Assembly: GCA_944385885.1 (NCBI GenBank)
Contig: CALWYY010000095.1
Span: forward strand, 10,634 to 74,633
Direction: 5' to 3'
From: an uncultured Oscillospiraceae bacterium
GTDB lineage: Bacteria; Bacillota; Clostridia; Oscillospirales; Oscillospiraceae
Length of the DNA stretch: 64,000 bases
Below, piece after piece: positions 37,455 through 47,897 of the stretch. The notes beneath the pieces are model-generated. The model was given only the letters and a program-made list of their open reading frames with translations, did no database searches and was not told where the DNA came from. A program made the position numbers and the translations under genes. Numbering within the stretch: position 1 is the stretch's first letter; the number at the start of each line of letters is the position of its first letter.

Positions 37455-38219
37455 TCAGGCTTTTTCCTCCGCCGCGCTTATCCGATACTCCCCGCGCCCT
37501 CCGCTGACCAGAATCTGCCCGTCGGAACACAGCTCCAGCACCGACAGAAACGTGGCCACCAATTCGCTGCGCGTCCGGCACAGGCCAAACAGCTCCTCCA
37601 GCCGGGTCGTGCCCTGCTCCTGCAGCAGGTTCAGCAGCTCGCGGCATTTCTTCCGCACACTGTATACGATGGGCCGGGGCGCCGCCCGGCGGATGCTGTC
37701 CAGATCCTCTTCCTTTTTCTCCACCCCGGCGCCCCGCAGCAGGATCCGCCCCAGGGATGCCAGCAGTTCCGCCGGCTCGTGCCGCCACTGGTAAGGCCTG
37801 TCCGGCCTTGGCAGCGGCCCGCGGGTGTGCGTACGCAGCCCCGCTTCCGCCAATTTCCCCAGTTCCGGCGCCACCTTCTGCACCGCCGCCAGGGCATCTC
37901 GGTTTTTCAGCTGCTCCAGCGCGCTTACCAGCACATCCAGTTCTGTGACTTCCTTCTCCTCCGCCAGCAGCATCCGGGTCTTTATATACGTCAGATGAGA
38001 CGCCATCTGTACAAACTCGCTGGCGATCTCCAGGTCCATCTCCTGCATCTGCCGCAGGTAATCCAGGTACTGGTCCAGCAGAAGAGATATCTGAATATCC
38101 CGTATCTCGATCTTATTTTTGGAAAGCAGCATCAGGATCAGGTCAAGAGGGCCGGTAAAGTCCTCCAGCTCGTCCCGGTTGCGGACCACGCCTTCCAGAT
38201 GGTAGCTCGGTTCCTGCAT
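37455..38219 (-). CDS. scpA: Segregation and condensation protein A
   Basis: 254 aa. FTGPLDLILMLLSKNKIEIRDI kleisin N-terminus. Confidence 0.92.
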   Translation of the reverse strand: MQEPSYHLEGVVRNRDELEDFTGPLDLILMLLSKNKIEIRDIQISLLLDQYLDYLRQMQEMDLEIASEFVQMASHLTYIKTRMLLAEEKEVTELDVLVSALEQLKNRDALAAVQKVAPELGKLAEAGLRTHTRGPLPRPDRPYQWRHEPAELLASLGRILLRGAGVEKKEEDLDSIRRAAPRPIVYSVRKKCRELLNLLQEQGTTRLEELFGLCRTRSELVATFLSVLELCSDGQILVSGGRGEYRISAAEEKA

Positions 38220-38225
38220 GTTCCC

Positions 38226-38918
38226 TCAAACAAACCTTTTCATAAGTTCAAAGCCCCACTCGGCAACGAAAAACAACCGGTCAAAGACCCACCCCGTCGC
38301 TGTCGTCAGCGGCGCGCCCAGCTTCCGGGTAGCCACCAACACCAAAAGCAGGATCATGCCGTACCGCTCATAACGCATCAGTCGGGCATAGGCCCGATCC
38401 GGAATCAGCGCGAATAGGATCTTGCTCCCGTCCAAAGGCGGAATGGGCAGCAAATTAAAAACCGCCAGCGCCACACTGAGGTAGGCCGTCAGATACACCA
38501 TCTCCAGCACATACGGGCCAACCTTACCCATGGGGTGCATCCACAGAGGCAGGTACAGCAGCCCGTAAAGGAACAGCGCCACGATCCCCAGCAGGATGTT
38601 GCAGGCCGGTCCGGCCAAGGACGTGATAGCCATGCCCCGTTTGGGATCCCGGAACCGGTACATATTCACCGGCACCGGCTTTGCCCAGCCGAACCGAAAC
38701 ACGATCATCATCGCAAGCCCCATAAGGTCGATGTGCCGCAACGGATTCAGGGTCAGCCGCCCGGCATCCCGGGCCGTGGTATCTCCCAAACGGTACGCCA
38801 CATATCCGTGCGCCAGCTCATGCAGGGTGATGCACACCAGCGCCGGTATCACACGCAGGAGCATGTCCGTAAGTACCGACCAGTCCAGGCCATTCCAAAT
38901 GTTTACTATCGCACTCAT
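38226..38918 (-). CDS. Site-2 protease (peptidase M50) family membrane protein
   Basis: 230 aa. HELAHG zinc motif in a TM helix and NLLPIPPLDG. Confidence 0.8.
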   Translation of the reverse strand: MSAIVNIWNGLDWSVLTDMLLRVIPALVCITLHELAHGYVAYRLGDTTARDAGRLTLNPLRHIDLMGLAMMIVFRFGWAKPVPVNMYRFRDPKRGMAITSLAGPACNILLGIVALFLYGLLYLPLWMHPMGKVGPYVLEMVYLTAYLSVALAVFNLLPIPPLDGSKILFALIPDRAYARLMRYERYGMILLLVLVATRKLGAPLTTATGWVFDRLFFVAEWGFELMKRFV

Positions 38919-38954
38919 ACCACCATAACCAATTTTACCAAACGGGCCGCCGAA

Positions 38955-39542
38955 TTACAACATCGAAATGTAGCTTTCGATCTGCTCCAGCAGCTCCTGC
39001 CGGCCCTCGCCCCGGGTACAGGAGTACAGAAGCAGCGGTGTCTCCTGCGTCAGAGCCAAAGCCGTCCGGATGCGCGCCGCAGCCGGAGCCCGTTCCAGGC
39101 TCCGGAGCTTGTCGCACTTGTTGGCCACCACCACCAACGGTCTTTCCCTGTCCTGGAAATACCGGGCCATCACCATGTCATCCCGGGTCGGTTCATGCCG
39201 GCTATCCACAATCAGCACCCCCAGGGATATGGCTTCCGGCCGGGCAAAAAACGCCTCCATCAGCTCTCCCCACCGCCGGCGCTCCCGGTCCGGTACCCGG
39301 GCAAACCCGTATCCTGGCAAATCCACGAAGTAAACCCCGTCCACCAGAAAATAATTGACGTGGGCCGTCTTTCCCGGCGTGGCTCCCACCCGGGCAAAAT
39401 TCTTTCGGTTCAGGAGGCTGTTAATCAGGGAGGACTTCCCCACATTGGAGCGCCCGGCAAACACCACGCCAGGCCGCCCGTCCCGGATAAAATCCCTCTC
39501 CCAGGCGGCAGAGCGGATAAATTGCGCTTTTTGTGTATTCAT
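38955..39542 (-). CDS. engB: Ribosome biogenesis GTP-binding protein YsxC/EngB
   Basis: GRSNVGKSSLIN P-loop and NKCDK. Start at the internal Met, forming an ATGA overlap with the lon stop. Confidence 0.92.
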   Translation of the reverse strand: MNTQKAQFIRSAAWERDFIRDGRPGVVFAGRSNVGKSSLINSLLNRKNFARVGATPGKTAHVNYFLVDGVYFVDLPGYGFARVPDRERRRWGELMEAFFARPEAISLGVLIVDSRHEPTRDDMVMARYFQDRERPLVVVANKCDKLRSLERAPAAARIRTALALTQETPLLLYSCTRGEGRQELLEQIESYISML

Positions 39543-41959
39543 TGGCCCAGAGAGAGGCCGGGACGCTCTCCCATTTCCGGCGGCAGGCAGGGGCCGGGGG
39601 CTTCCGGCTCCGGTCTCGGCTCGTTTTTCACCGCCGGGCACAGGCACTTTTCCAGCACGCTGTCCATATGGGACACGGCGGTGAAATTCACCGCGGCCCG
39701 CACGCCGGGATCCAGCTCTGCCAGGTCACTGATATTGGCTTCCGGCAGCAGCACCTCGTGGATGCCGGCACGCAGGGCCGCCATGGTCTTTTCCCGTACC
39801 CCGCCGATGGGCAGCACCCGGCCCCGAAGGGTGATCTCCCCCGTCATAGCCACGTCGCTGCGCACCGGCACTCCCGATAGAGCCGAAACCACGCAAAGGC
39901 AAATCGCCGCTCCCGCACTGGGCCCATCCTTCGGTACGGCCCCCTCGGGAAAATGCAGGTGTATATCCGTGTTGCGGTGAAACTCCGGATCGATCCCCAG
40001 CGTACCTGCCCGGCTGCGGATATACGTCACCGCCGCCTGGCAGGACTCCTTCATAACGTCCCCCAGGTTGCCGGTAAGCTCCAGCTTTCCCGTGCCGGGC
40101 ACCACGGCGCACTCCACGTCCAGCACCTCGCCCCCTACGGATGTCCACGCCAGGCCGTGAACCAGTCCCACGGAGTTGGCGGTAAACCGGGGTTCCGGCT
40201 TGAACCGCACGGGGCCCAGGTATGGTTCCAGCTCCCCGGCTTTCAGCCGCAGGGACCGGATTGTCCCCTCCGCAATGCCACGGGCCGCCTTCCGGCACAC
40301 CGCCGCCAGCTCCCGTTCCAGGGTGCGCACCCCGGACTCCCGGGTGTACAGGGCAATAATCTCCCGTATGCAATCGTCGCTCAGGCGCAGCTGGTTGCCG
40401 TTGAGCCCATGCTTGCCCCGCTGTTTGGGCAGCAGATGCCGCTTGGCTATCTGCAGCTTCTCCTCGTCCGTATAACTGCCTATGGTGATCACTTCCATCC
40501 GGTCCAGCAGAGCCCGGGGAATTGTATCGGTGGTGTTGGCCGTGGTTATAAAAAACACCTCCGACAGATCAAAGGGTATTTCCAGAAAATGATCCCGGAA
40601 CGCGCCGTTCTGCTCCCCATCCAGCGCTTCCAGAAGTGCGGCGGACGGGTCTCCCCGGTAGTCGGAACCCAGCTTGTCGATCTCATCCAGGACCAAAACG
40701 GGGTTACGGCTGCCCGCCTGCTGGATGCCCGCAATGATCCGGCCTGGCATAGCGCCCACATAGGTCTTCCGGTGCCCGCGGATCTCCGCCTCGTCGTGTA
40801 CGCCCCCCAGGGACAGGCGGGCCAGCTTCCGGTTGGTAGCCCGGGCAATGCTCATGGCTATGCTGGTCTTTCCCACTCCAGGAGGCCCCACCAGGCACAG
40901 CACGCCGCCCCGCACCTGGGGCGAGAGCTGCCGCACGGCCAGATACTCCAATATGCGGTCTTTTACCTTATCCAGCCCATAGTGGTCCTCATTGAGCATC
41001 CGCCGGGCCCGGGCCAGGTCCCGGATCTCCTCTGTCCGCTGGTTCCAGGGGAGTTCCAGGCATACGTCCAGGTAGGTGCGCAGCACGGCTCCCTCTGCCG
41101 AGCCAAACGGCTGCTTTGCCAGACGGCTGAGCTCCTTGAGGAGCTTCTTTTCCACGTCCTCCTCCAGCCCCAATTCCAGAATCCGCTGGCGGTAGGATTC
41201 CAGGTCGTCGTCCGCCGCCCCTTCGCCCAGTTCCTCCTGGATGATCTTGAGCTGTTCCCGCAGATAGTAGTCCTTTTGATTTTTGGCCATATGCTCGGCC
41301 GCTGTCTCCTGGAGATTCTGCTCAATGCCCAGTACCTGGATCTCCCGGCCCAGCATCTCCGCTAACCGCGCCAGGCGTTCCAGGGGGTTGGCTTCTTCCA
41401 AGAGCGTCTGTTTGTCCGCCGGCGGAAGAAACACATTGTGGGCGATATGATCCGCTACAAACCCCGGATCGTCCCGGTCCGCCGTTTTCACAAGCACCTC
41501 GGGCCCCACGGATCCGGTAATACCCGCGTACTCGGCAAACAGCTTGTTGCAGTAGCGGATCAGCGCCGTCCGGCGCAGATCATCCGGATCCCACTCCGCC
41601 TCCGGGATCGCCTGCACGTTTGCCCAAAAGCAGGGGGCCTCCGCCGTGACCCGCAGGAGCCGGGCCCGGTACAAGCCCTCCACAATGGCTTTCACGCCGC
41701 CGCTGCCGGAGGTGCGCAGAATCTGCCCCAGGCGGCAGACGGTTCCCACTGCGTACAGGCCGTCCATGGTCGGGGTGTCCTGGGCCATATCCCGCTGGGC
41801 AACCAGGAAAATCAGCCGGTCTGTTCCAATAGCCGCGTTCAGCGCCGCGATGCTCATGGGACGTTCCACATCAAAGTTCAAGACGGTCCCCGGATACACG
41901 GAGACGCCACGCAGGGCCAGTGTGGGGAGCGTCAGTATTTTTTTGCTGTCAACAGCCAT
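39539..41959 (-). CDS. lon: ATP-dependent Lon protease
   Basis: LON N-domain. AAA+ GPPGVGKTS. Proteolytic Ser context PKDGPSAG. Start taken at MAVDSKKILTLP. Confidence 0.95.
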   Translation of the reverse strand: MAVDSKKILTLPTLALRGVSVYPGTVLNFDVERPMSIAALNAAIGTDRLIFLVAQRDMAQDTPTMDGLYAVGTVCRLGQILRTSGSGGVKAIVEGLYRARLLRVTAEAPCFWANVQAIPEAEWDPDDLRRTALIRYCNKLFAEYAGITGSVGPEVLVKTADRDDPGFVADHIAHNVFLPPADKQTLLEEANPLERLARLAEMLGREIQVLGIEQNLQETAAEHMAKNQKDYYLREQLKIIQEELGEGAADDDLESYRQRILELGLEEDVEKKLLKELSRLAKQPFGSAEGAVLRTYLDVCLELPWNQRTEEIRDLARARRMLNEDHYGLDKVKDRILEYLAVRQLSPQVRGGVLCLVGPPGVGKTSIAMSIARATNRKLARLSLGGVHDEAEIRGHRKTYVGAMPGRIIAGIQQAGSRNPVLVLDEIDKLGSDYRGDPSAALLEALDGEQNGAFRDHFLEIPFDLSEVFFITTANTTDTIPRALLDRMEVITIGSYTDEEKLQIAKRHLLPKQRGKHGLNGNQLRLSDDCIREIIALYTRESGVRTLERELAAVCRKAARGIAEGTIRSLRLKAGELEPYLGPVRFKPEPRFTANSVGLVHGLAWTSVGGEVLDVECAVVPGTGKLELTGNLGDVMKESCQAAVTYIRSRAGTLGIDPEFHRNTDIHLHFPEGAVPKDGPSAGAAICLCVVSALSGVPVRSDVAMTGEITLRGRVLPIGGVREKTMAALRAGIHEVLLPEANISDLAELDPGVRAAVNFTAVSHMDSVLEKCLCPAVKNEPRPEPEAPGPCLPPEMGERPGLSLGQ

Positions 41960-42025
41960 ATCTCCATACCTCGATAGCAAGCCGGCGGGGCCTGAACCCC
42001 GCCGCCGCAATTTCGTTTGATCCGG

Positions 42026-43288
42026 TCAGGCAGGCAGTTCCCCCCGCTTTTTCCGGTATATCACAGGTTCCGACCCGCCACGGACACTGTCCGCCGTAAC
42101 CACCACCCGCTCAATGCTCTTGTCGGAGGGTACGTTGTACATAACGTTGGTCATAATCCCCTCCATAACGCTACGCAGCCCCCGGGCGCCAATCTCCATC
42201 TCGATGGCCTTGTCGGCAATGGCGTACAGCGCCTCCGGCTCATACTCCAGTTTTACCCCGTCCAGCTCCAGCAGGGCCGCATACTGCTTGGTAATGGCAT
42301 TTTTCGGCTCGGTGAGTATCCGCACCAGGGCCTCGCGGTCCAGGGAGCTCAGCGGCGTGAGCACCGGCAGGCGCCCTACCAGTTCCGGGATGATGCCAAA
42401 TTTCAAAATATCGTGCTGCTGCACCTGCGCCAGGATCTCTCCCAGGTTCTTCTCCTTTTTCCCAGAGATCTCTGCCCCGAATCCCATGCTCCGGCGGTCC
42501 AGACGGTTTTCGATGATTTTGTCCAGGCCGTCAAAGGCCCCGCCGCAGATAAAGAGGATATTCGTAGTGTCCACGTGGATAAATTCCTGGTGCGGGTGCT
42601 TGCGCCCTCCCTGGGGCGGCACCGCCGCCACCGTCCCCTCCAGGATCTTCAGCAGGGCCTGCTGTACCCCTTCCCCGGACACGTCCCGGGTTATGGACAC
42701 ATTCTCGCTCTTCCGGGAGATTTTATCCACCTCATCGATGTAGATGATCCCCCGCTGGGCCCGTTCCACGTCAAAATCCGCCGCCTGCAAAAGCCGCAGC
42801 AGAATGTTCTCCACGTCCTCCCCCACGTACCCCGCTTCCGTCAGGGTGGTGGCGTCGGCTATGGCAAAGGGCACATCCAGCACGCGGGCCAGGGTCTGGG
42901 CAAAAAGCGTCTTGCCGCTTCCCGTGGGCCCGATCAGGAGAATGTTGGATTTCTGCAGCTCCACATCGTTCCGGCCGCCGAAGAAGATGCGCTTATAATG
43001 GTTGTACACCGCCACCGACAGGGCAATCTTGGCTGGTTCCTGGCCGACAATATAGTCGTCCAGGACCTTTTTGATCTCCGCCGGCCGGGGCAGGTCCCCA
43101 AAGGGAATGGACTGGGGGGCCGCCGGTACCGCCGGAGCGCCGGAGAAATCCTCCTCCACAATGCTCATGCACAGGCGCACACAATCGCTGCATATATACG
43201 AGCCGTTGCCGGCGATAAGCTTATCCACCTGGTCCTGGGTCTTGCCGCAAAAGGAACAACGTATTTTTTTGTCTTCCGTCTTCGCCAT
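42026..43288 (-). CDS. clpX: ATP-dependent Clp protease ATP-binding subunit ClpX
   Basis: 420 aa. Zinc ribbon CSFCGK...CSDC, Walker [12 protein letters not shown]-type loop region. Confidence 0.97.
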   Translation of the reverse strand: MAKTEDKKIRCSFCGKTQDQVDKLIAGNGSYICSDCVRLCMSIVEEDFSGAPAVPAAPQSIPFGDLPRPAEIKKVLDDYIVGQEPAKIALSVAVYNHYKRIFFGGRNDVELQKSNILLIGPTGSGKTLFAQTLARVLDVPFAIADATTLTEAGYVGEDVENILLRLLQAADFDVERAQRGIIYIDEVDKISRKSENVSITRDVSGEGVQQALLKILEGTVAAVPPQGGRKHPHQEFIHVDTTNILFICGGAFDGLDKIIENRLDRRSMGFGAEISGKKEKNLGEILAQVQQHDILKFGIIPELVGRLPVLTPLSSLDREALVRILTEPKNAITKQYAALLELDGVKLEYEPEALYAIADKAIEMEIGARGLRSVMEGIMTNVMYNVPSDKSIERVVVTADSVRGGSEPVIYRKKRGELPA

Positions 43289-43301
43289 AGGCGCTCCCCA
43301 A

Positions 43302-43883
43302 TTACCTCTTATAAATTACCTTATCAATAAGGCCATACTCCTGGGCTTCCTCGGCGGTCATGTAGTTGTCCCGCTCCGTGTCCAGGGCGATCTGCTCCAC
43401 GGGCTTGCCCGTATTCTCCGCCAGCATCCGGTTGAGCTTTTCCCGAATCTTCAGAATCTGCTCGGCCTGGATTTTAATATCGCTGGCCTGGCCCCGGCTT
43501 CCGCCGGAGGGCTGATGAATCATTATCTCCGCATTCGGCAGCGCCAGCCGCTTGCCCTTGGCGCCCGCCGCCAGCAGAAACGCGCCCATGGACGCTGCCA
43601 GGCCGATGCAGATGGTGGATACGTCCGCCTTAATATACTGCATGGTGTCATAAATCGCCAGCCCCGCCGATACGCTCCCGCCGGGGGAGTTGATGTAAAA
43701 CTGGATGTCCTTGTCCGGGTCCTGGGCCTCCAGATACAGAAGCTGCGCCACCACAAGGGACGCCGTGGTGTCGTTGACCTCCTCCGAGAGCATCACGATC
43801 CGGTCGTTCAGCAGCCGGGAGAAAATGTCATACGAACGCTCCCCCCGGGACGTCTGCTCCACAACATACGGTACAAGACTCAT
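43302..43883 (-). CDS. clpP: ATP-dependent Clp protease proteolytic subunit
   Basis: [25 protein letters not shown]. Catalytic GLAASMGA and IMIHQP. AAGGAGGG lies 6 nt upstream of this ATG. Confidence 0.97.
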   Translation of the reverse strand: MSLVPYVVEQTSRGERSYDIFSRLLNDRIVMLSEEVNDTTASLVVAQLLYLEAQDPDKDIQFYINSPGGSVSAGLAIYDTMQYIKADVSTICIGLAASMGAFLLAAGAKGKRLALPNAEIMIHQPSGGSRGQASDIKIQAEQILKIREKLNRMLAENTGKPVEQIALDTERDNYMTAEEAQEYGLIDKVIYKR

Positions 43884-43940
43884 TGTAAACCCTCCTTTGT
43901 ACAATGCCTTTCAAAGGAGCATACCCGCCGGAGCGGAAAA

Positions 43941-45311
43941 TTATTCCGCTTTCTCCGGCTCGGCCGCTGCTTCCGCGGCAGCCGCTGCTTCCTCGGTTTT
44001 CTTGGTTTTTGCCCGGGACTTAGCCGCCTTTTTCTTAGGCTTGGCCGCCACGCCGTTTTCCATGATAAAGATCCCGGCTTTCCGCCGCAGCAGGTCCTCC
44101 CGGAGACCCTGGGCGTCCATGGCTTTCTCTACGTCCTCCACCTTCATGCCGTACATGCCGGCCACTTTTTCATACTCCGCCTTCAGGTCCTCCTCCGTAA
44201 CCTCCAGGCCCTCTGCCTGCGCCACAGCTTCCAGCAGCAGTTCCGTCTTGGTCTGCTTGACGGCGGTGGCCCTGGAGCCTTCCCGGAAGGTGGCCACATC
44301 GGAGCCGATCATCTTCAGATACTCCTCCATCCGGATACCCTGGCCGGCCATATACTGGGCATATTCCCGAAGCATGGAGTCCATGCGCTCTTCGATCATG
44401 GATTCCGGCACTTCCACCGTCATGTTCTCCACGGCCTGCTCTACCAGCGCATCCTCAAAGGCGTTGTCGGAGGCCTCCTTCTTGCTCTTTTCCAGCCGGC
44501 TGCGGATGTCGTCCCGCAGAGCCTGGAGCGTGTCAAAATCGTTGTCCTTGGCAAACTCATCGTCCAGCTCCGGCAGCTCTTCCACCTTCACCTCGTTGCA
44601 CTTGACATGGAACACCGCCGCCTTGCCCGCCAGGTTCTCCGCATGGTACTTTTCCGGGAAGGTCACATTCACGTCCTTCTCCTCTCCGGCGCTCATACCC
44701 ACCACTTGCTCCTCGAACCCAGGGATAAAGCTGTGAGACCCCAGCACCAGGGTATGCCCCTCGGCGGCGCCGCCGTCAAATGCCACGCCGTCCACCGTGC
44801 CCCGGTAATCGATATTCACCGAATCGCCGTCCGCCGCCGCCCGCTCCACGGTCACCAGCCGGGCGTTCTGCTTGCGCATCCGCTCCACCTCGGCATCCAC
44901 TTCCGTGTCCGTTACCTCCACGGCAGGCCGCTCCGCTTCCAGGCCCTTGTACTGGCCCAGGACCACCTCCGGCCATACGTCCGTCCGGAAAGTCAGAATG
45001 GCGCCCTTCTCCGGCGTGTACGCCACATTCTCCACACCGGGCCGGCCCACAGGGCGGAGCTTCTCCTGCTCCACAGCGTAGGCAAAGGCGTCCGGGGCCG
45101 CGGCAGTGGCCGCGTCCTCGTAGAATACGTCGGCGCCGTACATGCCCTCCACCACCATGCGGGGGGCCTTGCCCTTCCGGAAGCCAGGGATCATGATCTT
45201 GCTGCGGTTCTTCAGAAAGGCAGCGTTCACATGCCGCTCAAACTCGGCGGGCTCCAGCTCCACGTCAAAGGTTACGGAATTCTTTTCTTTCGCGGTGTTC
45301 TTGACGATCAT
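43941..45311 (-). CDS. tig: Trigger factor
   Basis: 456 aa. Ribosome-binding GFRKGKAP motif and a central FKBP-like PPIase domain. Conserved tig-clpP-clpX-lon order. Confidence 0.95.
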   Translation of the reverse strand: MIVKNTAKEKNSVTFDVELEPAEFERHVNAAFLKNRSKIMIPGFRKGKAPRMVVEGMYGADVFYEDAATAAAPDAFAYAVEQEKLRPVGRPGVENVAYTPEKGAILTFRTDVWPEVVLGQYKGLEAERPAVEVTDTEVDAEVERMRKQNARLVTVERAAADGDSVNIDYRGTVDGVAFDGGAAEGHTLVLGSHSFIPGFEEQVVGMSAGEEKDVNVTFPEKYHAENLAGKAAVFHVKCNEVKVEELPELDDEFAKDNDFDTLQALRDDIRSRLEKSKKEASDNAFEDALVEQAVENMTVEVPESMIEERMDSMLREYAQYMAGQGIRMEEYLKMIGSDVATFREGSRATAVKQTKTELLLEAVAQAEGLEVTEEDLKAEYEKVAGMYGMKVEDVEKAMDAQGLREDLLRRKAGIFIMENGVAAKPKKKAAKSRAKTKKTEEAAAAAEAAAEPEKAE

Positions 45312-45372
45312 TTCGGGTTTACTCCTCTCTATATTTCAGCCGGGACTGAGTGTATATATTTCAAGCCGTCGT

Positions 45373-45401
45373 ATTATACCAGACCATTTTGTAAAAAGCA
45401 A
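45373..45401 (-). promoter_or_regulatory. Candidate sigma-A promoter for tig
   Basis: Minus strand reads TTGCTT, 17-nt spacer, TATAAT, with TGg immediately upstream of the -10. Confidence 0.5.
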
Positions 45402-45404
45402 TCG

Positions 45405-46094
45405 TCACCGGACTTTTAACGGGATAAAATCCAGATAATCTCCGGATATCAGCCGAAAATGGACCCCGTCTGCGGTACCCTGGAAGGCACTGCGGCACCC
45501 CCGGCTGTGGATGTGCCCATAATAGCACTCCCGAACCCCGTACGCCCGCAGCAGTTCCAGGATGCCGGGACAAGTATACCCCAGGTACCGGGGCGGATAG
45601 TGGAGGAACACCAGCTTCTCCGCCTCTCCGGCAGCCTTCAGGCTGGTTTCCAGCCGGCCGATCTCCCGAAGCATGATCTTCCGGTCGTGCTCGGCGCCAG
45701 TCTCCTCTTCAAAGAACCAGCCCCGGGTCCCGCACAGGGCCAATCCCCCCCACTGCACGCAGTTGTTGTGCAGGATGGATATGGAGTTCAGCCCATACCG
45801 ATCCAGGAATCCTCGAATCTTCGCCGCCGTGGTCCACCAATAATCGTGGTTCCCTTTCAGAAGGATTTTCCGGCCGGGCAGGCTCTGCAGAAACTGGAAA
45901 TCCGGCAGAGCTTCCTCCAGGGAGGAGGCCCAGCAAAAATCCCCGCAGATCACGCACACGTCCTCCTCTGTCAGCAGGGAGAACCCCTTGCGGATCTTCT
46001 CAGTGTATCCCGTCCAGCGCCCGCCGAAAGCCTCCATGGTCTTCTCCGGCGCCCCCAGGGCAAGATGAAGATCGCCCATGGCAAAAAGAGACAT
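45405..46094 (-). CDS. Metallophosphoesterase family protein
   Basis: 229 aa. Motifs GDLHL, GDFCW, GNHDYW and the His cluster GHIH. Confidence 0.8.
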   Translation of the reverse strand: MSLFAMGDLHLALGAPEKTMEAFGGRWTGYTEKIRKGFSLLTEEDVCVICGDFCWASSLEEALPDFQFLQSLPGRKILLKGNHDYWWTTAAKIRGFLDRYGLNSISILHNNCVQWGGLALCGTRGWFFEEETGAEHDRKIMLREIGRLETSLKAAGEAEKLVFLHYPPRYLGYTCPGILELLRAYGVRECYYGHIHSRGCRSAFQGTADGVHFRLISGDYLDFIPLKVR

Positions 46095-46178
46095 ATCTCA
46101 TCCCCCCGCGTGTATATTCCGCGCCCCGGCGCAAATACTGATACCGCTCCCATTTTCAAAAGATCGGAGGTAAATCCC

Positions 46179-46358
46179 ATGACCGACAAGAAAAAGAACG
46201 GCGGCAATGGACAGAACGTAGGCTGCACGGTAAAGGAATGCCGGTACCACACGGCGGCAAACTGCTGCAGCGCCCGCCAGATCAATGTGCAAAACGAAAC
46301 GGCCCATCAGAAGACGGAAACCTTCTGCGCCACGTTTGAAAACCGTCTGGACCTGTAA
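46179..46358 (+). CDS. DUF1540 small Cys-rich protein
   Basis: 59 aa, hidden inside a longer artefactual ORF. GGAGG lies 8 nt upstream of the ATG. GCTVKECRYHTAANCCSARQINV...TFCATFE fits the DUF1540 Cys pattern. Confidence 0.7.
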   Translation: MTDKKKNGGNGQNVGCTVKECRYHTAANCCSARQINVQNETAHQKTETFCATFENRLDL

Positions 46359-46390
46359 ACTCCGGGGCGGGAAGCCGCCCCTACATACGT

Positions 46391-47875
46391 TCAGCGCTGC
46401 AGAAACCCCTCCACCGCCCCGGGCATATCCGCTTTGGGAATGGCTCCGGAGAATCGCACCTCCAGGCGGTCCAGCTCTGCCAGCGGGGCCGGCACCGGCT
46501 GTTTTGTCAGGGCCGACAGCCTGGCAGCCTGGTTCTCGGCGGGGATATCCCCGGTCTCTCCCAGAGCGGACAGGACCGTATCGCAGAATTTAAAGGGGCT
46601 GGCGGTAGACACCACCACACAGGGAGCCTTCCGCCCAGACTCCTGCCGGAGCCGTCGGGCCACCGCCGACGCCACCGCCGTATGGGGATCGATCAGGTAT
46701 CCCTCGTCTCTCCATACCCGGCTGATTTCCTTCGCCGCCTCGTCCATCCCGCACCAGCCGGCGTCAAAATCCTCTCTCAAAGCGCGGAGCACGTCCTCTC
46801 CCACCCGAAACCGGCCGGTGCGGGAAAGCTGCTCCATCCACCCCGCCAAGGCCTTTGGCCCGGCCCGGTGGCTCAGCAGTCGCTCCAAATTGGAGGAGAC
46901 GAGGATGTCCATGGAGGGGGATGTGGTCATGTAAAAGGGCCGGTTTTTATCATACTCTCCGGTCTGGAAAAAATCCGTCAGAACCTTGTTGTCGTTGGAG
47001 GCGCACAGCAGCCTTCCCACAGGCAGCCCCATCTTCTTGGCATACCAGCCGGCCAGGATGTCCCCGAAGTTCCCCGTCGGAACGCAGAAATCCAGGTCCT
47101 GCCCCGCCTGCAGCCGCCCGGCGGCCACGCAGTCGCAGTAGGCAGAAAAGTAGTACACGATCTGCGGCAGGAGCCGTCCCCAATTGATGGAGTTGGCCGA
47201 GGACAAAAGCCAGCCTCTCTCCGCCAGCCGGTCCCCCAGCGCCTTGTCTGAGAAAATGGATTTCACGCCGCTTTGGGTATCGTCAAAGTTTCCCCTCACG
47301 GCCTGTACGGCCACGTTATTCCCTCTCTGGGTGCGCATTTGCAGCTCCTGCATCCGTGACACGCCGTTTTCCGGGTAAAAGACCTGGATCCGTGTACCCG
47401 GCACATCCCGAAACCCCTCCAGGGCGGCCTTGCCCGTATCGCCGGAGGTGGCCACCAGGATACACATGTTTCGCGTCTGCCCGGTCTTACGCAGGCTGGA
47501 CACCAGCAGCCGTGGCATCAGCTGCAGCGCCATATCCTTAAACGCGCAGGTGGGCCCGTGGTACAGCTCCATATAGGCGATGCCGTCCCCGGCAAAATGC
47601 AGCGGCGCACACTGCTCACCGGCGCTAAAGGAGGTCCCATAGGCCGCCTGGGTCAGTGCGCCCAGCTCCTCCCGGGAGAATTCCGGCAGGTACAGGCCCA
47701 GGATCTCCGCCGCCCGGCGCCGGTAATCCATGGCCGACAGGGCATTTAGGAACTGCGCCCCCACCCGAGGTATCTCCAAAGGGATGAATAGCCCGCCGTC
47801 GGGAGCCAGGCCCCGGACGATGGCTTCCGCGGCGCTCCAGTTGTCCTGGCCGCCGCGGCTGCTGCAATACCGCAT
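46391..47875 (-). CDS. thrC: Threonine synthase
   Basis: 494 aa. PLP-Lys motif GPTCAFKDMALQ. Long-form ThrC. Confidence 0.93.
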   Translation of the reverse strand: MRYCSSRGGQDNWSAAEAIVRGLAPDGGLFIPLEIPRVGAQFLNALSAMDYRRRAAEILGLYLPEFSREELGALTQAAYGTSFSAGEQCAPLHFAGDGIAYMELYHGPTCAFKDMALQLMPRLLVSSLRKTGQTRNMCILVATSGDTGKAALEGFRDVPGTRIQVFYPENGVSRMQELQMRTQRGNNVAVQAVRGNFDDTQSGVKSIFSDKALGDRLAERGWLLSSANSINWGRLLPQIVYYFSAYCDCVAAGRLQAGQDLDFCVPTGNFGDILAGWYAKKMGLPVGRLLCASNDNKVLTDFFQTGEYDKNRPFYMTTSPSMDILVSSNLERLLSHRAGPKALAGWMEQLSRTGRFRVGEDVLRALREDFDAGWCGMDEAAKEISRVWRDEGYLIDPHTAVASAVARRLRQESGRKAPCVVVSTASPFKFCDTVLSALGETGDIPAENQAARLSALTKQPVPAPLAELDRLEVRFSGAIPKADMPGAVEGFLQR

Positions 47876-47897
47876 ACTCGCTTCTCCTTACGATGGT

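Noticed and set aside
38535-43330. Series of long plus-strand ORFs (481, 470 and 437 aa)
   Set aside because: Antisense to the M50 protease, engB, lon and clpX. These are GC-driven open frames without motifs.
43071-45419. 782-aa plus-strand ORF
   Set aside because: Antisense to clpP and tig, both confidently identified. The sequence is low-complexity and Arg/Leu/Gly/His-rich, with no RBS.
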